A DNA stretch of 64,000 nt from Candidatus Aldehydirespirator sp. (GCA_965220645.1 OZ244836.1:3072335-3136334), one strand, 5' to 3'; shown: positions 7,633-15,745, numbered from the stretch's first letter. Notes: generated by a model from the letters alone, not told the origin. Translations and numbers: made by a program.

Positions 7633-8955
7633 CTACAGCCCGGCCAACAGGTTCTGGGCGGCCACTGAGATCGGCTCGTTGAGTGCGCCTATGGCGGGTG
7701 AGTACACGTTCTCCATCGTGGCCAGTTCCTCGATGGTGAGGCCAACCCGGACCGCCATGGCCAGGAAGTCCGCTCGCTCCTTGATCCCCTCGCCGCCGAT
7801 CATCTGGGACCCGATCAGCCGGAGCGATCCGGGCTCGGCCAGGAGCTTCACCGTGATGGGCTTGACGCCCGGGTAGTAGCGGGCCCGGGTGATGCCCTGG
7901 GCCTTGCCCACAACGTGCTCAATGCCCAGCGCAGTAGCCAGCGTCTCCCCGAACGACACCCCGCCGATCATCCACTCGCCGGCCAGCAGTCCCCACGGAA
8001 CGAAGACTGCCCGGTAGTGGCGAGTCCCGCCGACGGCGTTGGTGCCGGCCGTTTTGCCCTGCGAGTAGGCGTGGGAGCCGGTCAGTCCCTGGATCGGAAT
8101 GTTGGAGACCCCGTGCGGGATCTCGGTGCAGTCGCCCGCGGCGTAGATGTTGGGATCCGAGGTCTGCATCTTCGAGTCGACGACCAGGCCGCCGGTTGTG
8201 CCCAGCTTGAGGCCGGCCGCGGCGGAGAGCGGATTGTTGGGCACCTTGTGTGTGCCGATGATGACGATGTCGGCTTCGATGTCGCCCTGCTGCGTCTCGA
8301 CGCCGCTCACGGTCCCGTCGCCCTTGAACGCCGTTACCCGGTTGCCCCACTGCATGTCGACGCCGGCGTCCTCCCAGGCCTGGCGAACCGGCTCGACGAT
8401 GTCGGGATCGAGCACGTCGGCCATGGGCCACGGGGCCGGATCGACGACGGTGCACTTGATCCCTCGGTGGACCATTGCCGCGACCATCTCCATCGCCACG
8501 AGACCCGCATCGATGATCACCGCGGAGGTGCAGGAGTCGAGGCGCTTGTCCCACTCCATGGCCTCCCGGATGTACTTGACCTCGTAGATGCCGTCGAGAC
8601 CGGCTCCGGGAACGTCCACTTGCGCATAGTTCCACCCGGTTGCGATCACCAGCCGGTCGTAGGACGCCTCACCCTCGCCGGCGACGGCGAGGGTGCGCGA
8701 CTTCGGGTCGATGGCTGTCACGGTTGTCTCGTAGTGGACGTCGATGCCGGTGGCGACGTACTGCTCCTTGGTGGCCAGGAAGAGACGCTCGAATGAGTCG
8801 ATCTCCTTTCCGTGGACGTAGGGAATGCCGCAGGGGCTGTAGGCCACATCGGTGTCCGCGGTGTAGACCACGACATCGGCGTTGGGATCGACACCCTTGG
8901 CTGCGCCCGCAGCCCCGATGCCTGCGGCGCCGCCGCCTATCACCGCTATCCGCAT
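7633..8955 (-). CDS. FAD-dependent pyridine nucleotide-disulfide oxidoreductase (CoA-disulfide reductase / NADH oxidase family)
   Basis: The N-terminus has VIGGGAAG. A single redox Cys lies in YSPCGIPY, a second dinucleotide fold in AVIIDAGLVAMEM, and the C-terminus has AAGDC. Confidence 0.88.
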   Translation of the reverse strand: MRIAVIGGGAAGIGAAGAAKGVDPNADVVVYTADTDVAYSPCGIPYVHGKEIDSFERLFLATKEQYVATGIDVHYETTVTAIDPKSRTLAVAGEGEASYDRLVIATGWNYAQVDVPGAGLDGIYEVKYIREAMEWDKRLDSCTSAVIIDAGLVAMEMVAAMVHRGIKCTVVDPAPWPMADVLDPDIVEPVRQAWEDAGVDMQWGNRVTAFKGDGTVSGVETQQGDIEADIVIIGTHKVPNNPLSAAAGLKLGTTGGLVVDSKMQTSDPNIYAAGDCTEIPHGVSNIPIQGLTGSHAYSQGKTAGTNAVGGTRHYRAVFVPWGLLAGEWMIGGVSFGETLATALGIEHVVGKAQGITRARYYPGVKPITVKLLAEPGSLRLIGSQMIGGEGIKERADFLAMAVRVGLTIEELATMENVYSPAIGALNEPISVAAQNLLAGL

Positions 8956-9001
8956 CGTGACCCTTTCGTCACAGAACTGTCTCCCGGCGTGCGACTAAGC
9001 C

Positions 9002-9103
9002 ATCCGAAATGTCGGATGAGATAACTACGTATCGGAACCTAAACCCGCCCTCAACCAGTGTCAAACCGCTCGCGCCCAGCGCGCGCCCCCTCAAACCGCC
9101 CGA
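9002..9103 (-). promoter_or_regulatory. regulatory module A: 16-bp palindrome plus CCTAAACCC / TCAAACCGC direct repeats, upstream of the CoADR-like operon
   Basis: The palindrome ATCCGAAATGTCGGAT lies at 9002-9017. CCTAAACCCGCCC is at 9038-9050, GTCAAACCGCT at 9060-9070 and CTCAAACCGCCCG at 9090-9103. The same layout recurs at 18085-18155. Confidence 0.55.
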
Positions 9104-9504
9104 ACCGACAGCTCGGGAGTGTTGCGGATCGTGTTGGTCACATAGCACACCCGGGCGGCTGCTTCGAGCAGGCGGTCCTTGACGGCATCCTCGCAGCCGA
9201 CGTCGACCCGGATCTCAAGGGCCGAGAAACTCGGACCGTCGTAAGTGCCGGTCACCTCCACACCCAGGTGGGCCAACTCGATGCCGCGCTTGCCGGCCGC
9301 GTAGGCCACCGCGAGGGTGAAGCACGATGAGACGGCGGCCAGCAGCAACTCGGTGGGCTGGGGGCCCTCGTTGGTCCCGCCCACACTCTCGGGCTCGTCC
9401 ACCGGGATCGTGAAGTCGCCGCTGGACACGTCGCAGCGGTAAGCGCCCAGCCACCGAGCCGAGACTGTAAGGGTCGGGGAACTCACGGCGGGTCGGCCTC
9501 TCAT
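9091..9504 (-). CDS. OsmC/Ohr family peroxiredoxin-like protein
   Basis: GGTNEGPQPTELLLAAVSSCF...RVCYVTNT is the OsmC-family pattern with both conserved Cys. The ATG at 9504 is preferred over the TTG at 9525 used in the ORF track. Confidence 0.8.
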   Translation of the reverse strand: MRGRPAVSSPTLTVSARWLGAYRCDVSSGDFTIPVDEPESVGGTNEGPQPTELLLAAVSSCFTLAVAYAAGKRGIELAHLGVEVTGTYDGPSFSALEIRVDVGCEDAVKDRLLEAAARVCYVTNTIRNTPELSVRAV

Positions 9505-9592
9505 AGCGCTGGCGCAGCCCGTCAACTATACGACACCGGTAGATCACAAGCGAAAAGGCCGTCGTCTAGGATGCACGCCCGGAGGTGGAGCA

Positions 9593-10231
9593 ATGAGTCA
9601 CCAGGCTGCGACTGAGAGCGCAGATCGGACCGCTTCGGAGCGTTCGGCCCAGGTGTCCGGCGAGAACCTGAGCGCGGTCGTGAACTCGATCGGACCCAAG
9701 ATCCGCCACCTGCGAAAGCAGTGGAGCCTGTCGCTGCAGCAGCTCGCCGACCGGTCCGACGTGTCGACCGCGGCCATTCACAAGGTGGAGTAGGGCACCA
9801 TGGTGCCGACCATCACGACCCTGCTGAAGCTGGCCGCAGCCCTCGAGCAGCCCGTGGCGTACTTCGTGGACGAGGAGCTTGAGTCACCGTCCTACGTGGT
9901 GTTCACTCCGGCAGCCGAGCGCAGGTCGATCTACACCCCCCATGAAGGCCTCACCTTGGAGGGCATCTCGGGCCCCTACGGGCAGTACTTCGTGGCCACC
10001 GCGATCGCCGAGGTGGAGCCCGGAGGCGACAGCGGCGAATCCCCGCTGCGCCACGCCGGCGAGGAACTGATCCACCTACTGTCGGGACGGCTCGACGTCG
10101 ACGTCTCCGGTCAGACGTTCCAGCTGCGCAGGGGCGACTCGATCCATTTCCGAACCGACCACGAGCATCGCTGGCGCAACCCCGCCAGGAGCCCCGCTCG
10201 TGCCGTGTGGACCGCCCTCAGACCCACCTGA
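9593..10231 (+). pseudogene. XRE-family HTH + cupin transcriptional regulator interrupted by an in-frame TAG (9791-9793)
   Basis: ORFs 9593..9793 and 9800..10231 are in the same frame. The joined sequence LSLQQLADRSDVSTAAIHKVE*GTMVPTITTLLKLAAAL is one continuous XRE helix-turn-helix. The C-terminal half is a cupin (GEELIHLLSGRLDV...GDSIHF). Confidence 0.65.
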
Positions 10232-10286
10232 GCGACGGCCCGCGGCCGAACTGGGGCCAGCGACACGCCAAGCAACAGCCCCTACA

Positions 10287-10343
10287 AATTCAATACCCCG
10301 GGCGCATGCCACGAGGGCATTGGCGACACCGGGGAATTGAATT
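10287..10343. other. nested hairpin in an AT-rich intergenic region
   Basis: AATTCAATACCCCGG (10287-10301) pairs with CCGGGGAATTGAATT (10329-10343) with one mismatch. An inner ATGCC/GGCAT stem lies at 10306-10320. Confidence 0.5.
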
Positions 10344-10432
10344 ACAACCAAGTATACGCTCGATCATCATGGACTTCAACAAACCCAAAGCTCGCAAAAA
10401 ATCCAAAGCTAGCAAAGGGAGGTAGACTGGAC

Positions 10433-10448
10433 ACCCTGCAAGCAGGGT
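10433..10448. promoter_or_regulatory. perfect 16-bp palindrome ACCCTGCAAGCAGGGT upstream of the ATPase gene
   Basis: Read directly from the sequence, 89 nt upstream of the ATG at 10537. The 2-nt centre is too small for an RNA hairpin loop, so a protein-binding site is more likely. Confidence 0.35.
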
Positions 10449-10536
10449 CAGGGATGCAATGGCACTACGAGCAGCGATCCTCTCAGGCGGCGAGCGCCGC
10501 ATCTTGGAGGCCCCGCGGGCGCGGCGGGTGTAGAGC

Positions 10537-11661
10537 ATGGCCAGCGGCAACCCTTTCAGGCCGTCGTTCGGGGCCTCGCCACCCGTGCTCGCAGGGCGCG
10601 CGGGGGTGCTGGATGCGCTCGGGGAGGCCCTGGACAGCGGTGCGGGTCACCCCGACTTCACGTCGCTGCTCACTGGAGTGCGCGGCGCGGGCAAGACGGT
10701 GACGCTCAACGCTGTGCAGGAGGACGCGCGCGACCGCGGCTGGCTGGTGATCGCGGAGACCGCCAGCGGGGATCTGTGCAGCAGACTGGTCGCCGCGGTG
10801 CTGGAGCTGTCGGGTGGCGACCACGGGCAGACTGGACGGCCGCGCCTGGCGGGAATCAGTGCACTAGGCGTGGGCATCGAGTTCACCCGAGCCGACCCGG
10901 TTGACGCTGGGGCGACCGACGCCCGGTTGCGGTCCGTTCTGACCGACCTTGGCTCCCGCCTCGCATCCGAGCGGAGAGGGCTGCTCATCACGCTCGACGA
11001 ACTACAGGGCGGCAAGCCGTCGGAGTTGCGCGAGTTTGCCACAACGCTTCAGCACGTCACGCGGCGCGAGGAACTGCCCATCGCGTTCGTGGGCGCGGGC
11101 CTTCCCAGCATCGACGACACCGTGCTACAGGATTCAGCCATCACGTTCCTGCAGCGCTGCTCCCGCCATGAGATCGCCGAGCTGTCCGACGCGGCCACTG
11201 TGACGGCCTTCGCTGAGCCGATAGCCGCGCATGGAGGACGCATCAGCGACGACGCGCTGCGTCGCGCCGTTGAAGCCAGCAATGGATACCCCTTCATGGT
11301 GCAGCTCATCGGCTTCCACTCCTGGCGGGCCGCATCCTCGGACCCGCCGCACCTGAAGATCGCCGACGTGTCGTCGGGTATAGCCGAGGCCGAGCGCCGG
11401 CTCCCCCACCTGGTGCTGGCGCCTATGTGGCGGTCGATGTCGGGAGTGGACCGCCAGTTCGCCCTCGCCATGGCCCAAGACGACGCCGAGACCTCGACCG
11501 CGGACATCTCAAAGCGCCTCGGTCGCAGTTCCAGCTACATAAGCACCTACCGGTCGCGGCTCATCCGAGCCGGCTTCATCCGCAGCACCGGCCACGGCCG
11601 CGTCGACTTCGCCCATCAAGCCACCCGCGCGTGGCTGCGATCCCCCGACCGAACCCCCTGA
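10537..11661 (+). CDS. AAA/STAND-like ATP-binding protein with a C-terminal winged-helix domain
   Basis: The N-terminus is NPFRPSFGASPPVLAGR. Walker A is GVRGAGKT and Walker B is LLITLDELQ. The C-terminus STADISKRLGRSSSYISTYRSRLIRAGFI looks like a wHTH. Confidence 0.85.
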   Translation: MASGNPFRPSFGASPPVLAGRAGVLDALGEALDSGAGHPDFTSLLTGVRGAGKTVTLNAVQEDARDRGWLVIAETASGDLCSRLVAAVLELSGGDHGQTGRPRLAGISALGVGIEFTRADPVDAGATDARLRSVLTDLGSRLASERRGLLITLDELQGGKPSELREFATTLQHVTRREELPIAFVGAGLPSIDDTVLQDSAITFLQRCSRHEIAELSDAATVTAFAEPIAAHGGRISDDALRRAVEASNGYPFMVQLIGFHSWRAASSDPPHLKIADVSSGIAEAERRLPHLVLAPMWRSMSGVDRQFALAMAQDDAETSTADISKRLGRSSSYISTYRSRLIRAGFIRSTGHGRVDFAHQATRAWLRSPDRTP

Positions 11662-11685
11662 CAGTTCGGCCAATATGATCAACTC

Positions 11686-14277
11686 GTGGAGACCGAGCCA
11701 GGCGGCGCGCCGACGAGCGCACCGGGCGGTTGGTCCCTGGATCCTACGCTTGTTCACCCTCCCTCCGCCGTCGGTGGGAGGAGCGCACCTGCCGGTTGGT
11801 ACCCGGACCCTGCGGACGTGTCAAGGCAGCGACTATGGGACGGCCATCAGTGGACCGACGAAGTAAGCACGGTGGTCAGCGCCTCTGCGGATGCGACGGA
11901 ACCACCCCCTTCTGAGCCGCCGCGTGGCGCTGACTCGGGGCCGCACAGTCCGCCGCTAGCGTCGCTCGGCAGACGACTAACGGCAAGAGTCATCGACTCC
12001 TTATGTCTGCTAGCAGCACTGTACCTGATCGCATCGCTAGCATCGAGATACGCAAGTTACGAACTATCTGACGTATTGAATGGCGAATTAAGCTCGCGGT
12101 TGATCCTGCTCGTGCCACTGTTCTTATGGGAATTCGTTCCACAGGCGTTCACCGGACGCACCTTAGGCAAGGCTCTGCTTGGTATTCGTATCACCAGAGG
12201 TGACGACTCTCCTAGCAACCGATTCCTGGCTGCCTTCGTTCGTTCTGTCGGAATGCTGCTCTTTCTTCTGCCACTCATATTTCTCATAAGCTGCATCACG
12301 GTATTCAGAAAGAAGCGCCGCACGATTCCGGATATGCTCGCCGGAACGTCAGTTGTGAGGGTCGCTACGGCACCGATCTGGCGACTAGTGATAGCCGTGC
12401 TCGTGATCATGATTCTGACCTCATCTGTGGGCTACAGCTATCTTGAGGTGTGGCGACCAGCGGCCAGAATAGGCAATGAGTGGGAGCCCTTGAAATCCTT
12501 TTACGATGCCGATCAAGTTCGAGCCGAAGTTGTCGCCAACATCGACATACTGGACTACGACTTTGTGGTACTCCGCAAGTCTGGAGACACATCCGTATGG
12601 GACATTGCCTACTTCACGGGTGATCCAGAAGACGAGGAAGCTCTCACGGATGAGCTTTGGGAAGACTTCCTCATGGTCGAGTGCTACCGGTATAGGGATG
12701 ACACCTCCGGTTCGCCGGGCGTCGCCTTCGATTGGCCCCAACTAACTCCTTCCGGCGGAACCGATGTGGAACTGTCTTGGCGTGCGAGCACGGGAGCGTC
12801 CGGACAAGCTGTGGGGCTGATGAACTATGAGTCAGAAGATGTGAGTGGTGCCTGGATCGCGACAGCCGGTCTGACGGAGGACGACATTCGGAACAATCTG
12901 CGCGAGAGTGGCCGCTCACCTGATGAACTCGACGGAATACCGGTTGTCTTGCATGACTTCTACGAGGCGTTGCTGGAGGCCGACAGGGTCACGCTCACGG
13001 CCGGGGCCACGAGCAACACCTGGGACCTGCCCGAGGACTCAAGCTCGCTCAGGAGTCTGGTCGAACGATGCGAGGAGGCAAGCGCCCAAGACTCGTCTCC
13101 CGTTGAAGCAACGCCCTCTACGGAAGCAAGCAGCAGCGAGGCGAGCACCGGAGGCTCCTTGCCTGGCGATGTGGATCGCAGTACGACTTCGGCATGCGAA
13201 TTCTCGGACCGGTCAGCCGCTGTAAGAGGCGCTGTCTTCCAAATGTTCGCCGGGGGCGGCATCGGCACGGCTTTCTATGTCGGCAACGACGAGTGGATAA
13301 CCGCGGCCCATGTCGTGGAGAACCAGCGCAGCGTCGTCCTGCGAAACGGCGCCACAGAGCTTTCAGCCACCGTCAAGGGCGGCGATCTGATGGCGGATCT
13401 TGCCCTGTTGGAAGCAAACGGCGACGGGATCGCAGCGCTTCGCTTCGGATCTCTGCGAGAAGTTGGTGCAGGCTTCACTGTTTTCGCGATCGGCTTTCCG
13501 CTGTACGAGGCAGCCGAGTCGTCAGTCACGAGCGGTGTGCTCTCCAGGGTTGAGCAGTACGAGGACTTGGGCGAGGTCATCGTGACGGACGCGTCGGTGA
13601 ATCCCGGCAACAGCGGAGGACCGCTCGTGGACGAGTGCGGCGATGTAGTAGGAATGATCATCGCCAAACATGTGGGAGCTGATGTTGAAGGCATCGGCTA
13701 CGCAGTCCCCGAGACGACGCTACAAGATCAGATCCCGTCTCTTCGCACAGCTGGACCCGATAGCATCGCAAGTGGTCGATCCGACGCCAGCGTCAATCGT
13801 GGAGGTTACACTGACGGCTCAACCGAAGAGGGTTGGATCTTCGGCGAAGATGCAAATGTCGATGGCGGATTTGAGTACTATTCTCTAGAGGCTGAATGGC
13901 ACTCTAGTTACATATCTGGGTACGGCCTTACACTGTTTCTGGTCTGTAGCACGACAGGATCATTGTCAAACGACTATATCTCTGTCTCGACGCCATTCCT
14001 GATCTTCAACGACTACAACTACGACAGTTCAACGGTCCGCTACAGGTTCGAGGACATGACAGCACCCTTCACTGAGCAGTCGTGGTGGAGTTCCGAAGAT
14101 GTCGAATCTTGGCTGTTCGCTCCAGAGGACACTTCATTCGCCGAGCACCTTGGTCGTGCCGGCTCGGGACGCCTGTACATGGAGTTCATTCCCGGCAGCA
14201 CCGTGGGAGATGTGGAGAGCGCCGAATTCATCGTCGATGGCGCGTCGGAGGTCTTGCGAGCGCTCGACTGCTGGTAG
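11686..14277 (+). CDS. multidomain membrane protein: DUF2510-like + RDD + unknown domain + trypsin-like serine protease + unknown C-terminal domain
   Basis: GWYPDPADVSRQRLWDGHQWTDE is the DUF2510 motif (aa 36-58). An RDD-type region with 3-4 TM helices spans aa 93-250. The S1 triad is ITAAHVV (H542), MADLALL (D571) and GNSGGPL (S643). G+C is clearly lower than in the flanks. Confidence 0.88.
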   Translation: METEPGGAPTSAPGGWSLDPTLVHPPSAVGGRSAPAGWYPDPADVSRQRLWDGHQWTDEVSTVVSASADATEPPPSEPPRGADSGPHSPPLASLGRRLTARVIDSLCLLAALYLIASLASRYASYELSDVLNGELSSRLILLVPLFLWEFVPQAFTGRTLGKALLGIRITRGDDSPSNRFLAAFVRSVGMLLFLLPLIFLISCITVFRKKRRTIPDMLAGTSVVRVATAPIWRLVIAVLVIMILTSSVGYSYLEVWRPAARIGNEWEPLKSFYDADQVRAEVVANIDILDYDFVVLRKSGDTSVWDIAYFTGDPEDEEALTDELWEDFLMVECYRYRDDTSGSPGVAFDWPQLTPSGGTDVELSWRASTGASGQAVGLMNYESEDVSGAWIATAGLTEDDIRNNLRESGRSPDELDGIPVVLHDFYEALLEADRVTLTAGATSNTWDLPEDSSSLRSLVERCEEASAQDSSPVEATPSTEASSSEASTGGSLPGDVDRSTTSACEFSDRSAAVRGAVFQMFAGGGIGTAFYVGNDEWITAAHVVENQRSVVLRNGATELSATVKGGDLMADLALLEANGDGIAALRFGSLREVGAGFTVFAIGFPLYEAAESSVTSGVLSRVEQYEDLGEVIVTDASVNPGNSGGPLVDECGDVVGMIIAKHVGADVEGIGYAVPETTLQDQIPSLRTAGPDSIASGRSDASVNRGGYTDGSTEEGWIFGEDANVDGGFEYYSLEAEWHSSYISGYGLTLFLVCSTTGSLSNDYISVSTPFLIFNDYNYDSSTVRYRFEDMTAPFTEQSWWSSEDVESWLFAPEDTSFAEHLGRAGSGRLYMEFIPGSTVGDVESAEFIVDGASEVLRALDCW

Positions 14278-14335
14278 CTCAGCCCTTCGGAGTAAGCGGC
14301 GCGCTTCGACCGAGTTCTTGACGGGCCTGTGACGC

Positions 14336-15736
14336 TCAGGGCAGCCGGCGGTCGAGGTCGAGCAGGGCTTGCTTGAAGCACTCGATGGGTGCCCGGGCGA
14401 CTCCTGCGCCCACCTGGCCCGATCCGTCGGAGACGTGGACGATCCCGGTGTTCACCGCGGGCGTTGTCGAGCTCTCGACGACCCGCCGGACGTCGACCCC
14501 CAGCGGCGTGCCGGCGTCGTCGAGCACGGGCAGGCGCAGCCGGGTGCTGGTGCCGGCACAGATCCGGCTCATAGCCGCGGTGACCGCGGCGGCGTCGGCC
14601 ATCCTGCCGCCGAGGAACCCCGCCACCGCGGGCGAGTTGGCCGCCGCGGCGCCGCCGAGCCCGACCAGCTCCAGCACGGCGCTGTCCCCGATGTCGGGCG
14701 CACTGGTGTCCGGTCCCTGGTCTGGGTGGTACAGGGCATCCTGAACCGGAGGCGACGGGGCGATGTGCCACGTCTCGGAGCAGCCGGCCAGACGGATGCC
14801 GTAGGTGGTGCCGTTGCGGGCCATCGTCGTGACGATGCTGGAGCCGGTCACCTGCCCGGCCCAACCGGTCAGGGCGCGGGCGCCGGCCATGGCAATGTTG
14901 AGGAACATCAAGTGGTTGGTGCTCAGGAAGTCGGCCACCTCCCCGATTCTGTCCGTACCGGCACGGACCAGGTGCGGTAGCAGGTCTCGCAGCAGGAGGT
15001 TGGTCGTGGCCTGGACCCGCATGTGGACGTCATCTCCCATCGTGATGCCCTGAGCGGCCAGAGAGAAGACGTCTATGGGCCCGGACCTGTCCAGGGCCCG
15101 GGCCAGTGCGGGGCCGAGCGCGTCGCGCAGGAACCTGAGGCGATCGATGGCCGCCTCGGAGTCCACCCCGAACCAGGCAACGGCCCCCGCGCCCTGGTTG
15201 AGGCTGGAGTAGGCCGTCGTGCCGCCTTGCTCGACCGACACCACATACACCGGAGCGGACGGCCCGATGGCACTCGCCATGGGCACCACCGTGGAGTGCT
15301 CGTTGGCGGCCTCGAGGCGAACCTCTCCGGCGTCCAGCATTCGGTCGGCAGCTTCGCGGTGCGGGGCCCAGCCCTCGGCCACAACCGCAGCCCTGACCGA
15401 GCGCCGCAGCGGATCGCACATCTCAGCCCAGCCGATGGGCGGGCCGCAGTGCAGGATCGTCGGGGACTCGAAACCATCGATAACTGCTCCGGCAGTCTCG
15501 ACCCCCAGCAGCATCGGCACCCCGCGGTCGAGGCGATCGATCACTTCGGCGTTGGCCGCGTCAATGCGGTCCGAGGCGGGGCCCAGCAGCCTGGCCAGCG
15601 CGGCCACAGCCTCCGCGTCGCCGCCCGCCGGGATACGCCAGTCCACCCCGACCGCGGGCGCGCCCTGGTCCCGTACGGCCGTCTCGAACCGCTCGAGCCC
15701 GATGTTGACAACCGAAACCCGTTCGGGCAGCTCCAC
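14336..15736 (-). CDS. DUF1116 (YlbE-like) family protein
   Basis: 466 aa. The overall pattern (VVNIGLE.F...VDWRPPAGGD, LNQGAG, TTMARNG, GDSAVLE..GLGG) matches the YlbE/DUF1116 family that accompanies FdrA. The start codon is GTG. Confidence 0.8.
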   Translation of the reverse strand: MELPERVSVVNIGLERFETAVRDQGAPAVGVDWRIPAGGDAEAVAALARLLGPASDRIDAANAEVIDRLDRGVPMLLGVETAGAVIDGFESPTILHCGPPIGWAEMCDPLRRSVRAAVVAEGWAPHREAADRMLDAGEVRLEAANEHSTVVPMASAIGPSAPVYVVSVEQGGTTAYSSLNQGAGAVAWFGVDSEAAIDRLRFLRDALGPALARALDRSGPIDVFSLAAQGITMGDDVHMRVQATTNLLLRDLLPHLVRAGTDRIGEVADFLSTNHLMFLNIAMAGARALTGWAGQVTGSSIVTTMARNGTTYGIRLAGCSETWHIAPSPPVQDALYHPDQGPDTSAPDIGDSAVLELVGLGGAAAANSPAVAGFLGGRMADAAAVTAAMSRICAGTSTRLRLPVLDDAGTPLGVDVRRVVESSTTPAVNTGIVHVSDGSGQVGAGVARAPIECFKQALLDLDRRLP

Positions 15737-15745
15737 AACGACCCT

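Noticed and set aside
9593-9793. Genome-wide reassignment of TAG (for example to pyrrolysine or another sense codon) as the explanation for the in-frame TAG in the XRE-cupin gene.
   Set aside because: TAG terminates several well-supported genes at the expected C-termini (4032, 14275, 28488, 40718, 44855, 58699). I saw no pyl-type genes.
10369-10425. An 18-codon Lys-rich ORF, MDFNKPKARKKSKASKGR, in the AT-rich spacer.
   Set aside because: It has no Shine-Dalgarno sequence. Its Lys richness simply mirrors the local A-richness and the CCAAAGCT direct repeat. It is noted only as part of the spacer finding.
10232-14335. Prophage or integrative-element boundaries for the low-G+C islet.
   Set aside because: I saw no integrase or recombinase, no tRNA, no flanking direct repeat and no phage structural genes. 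The islet is reported only as compositionally atypical.
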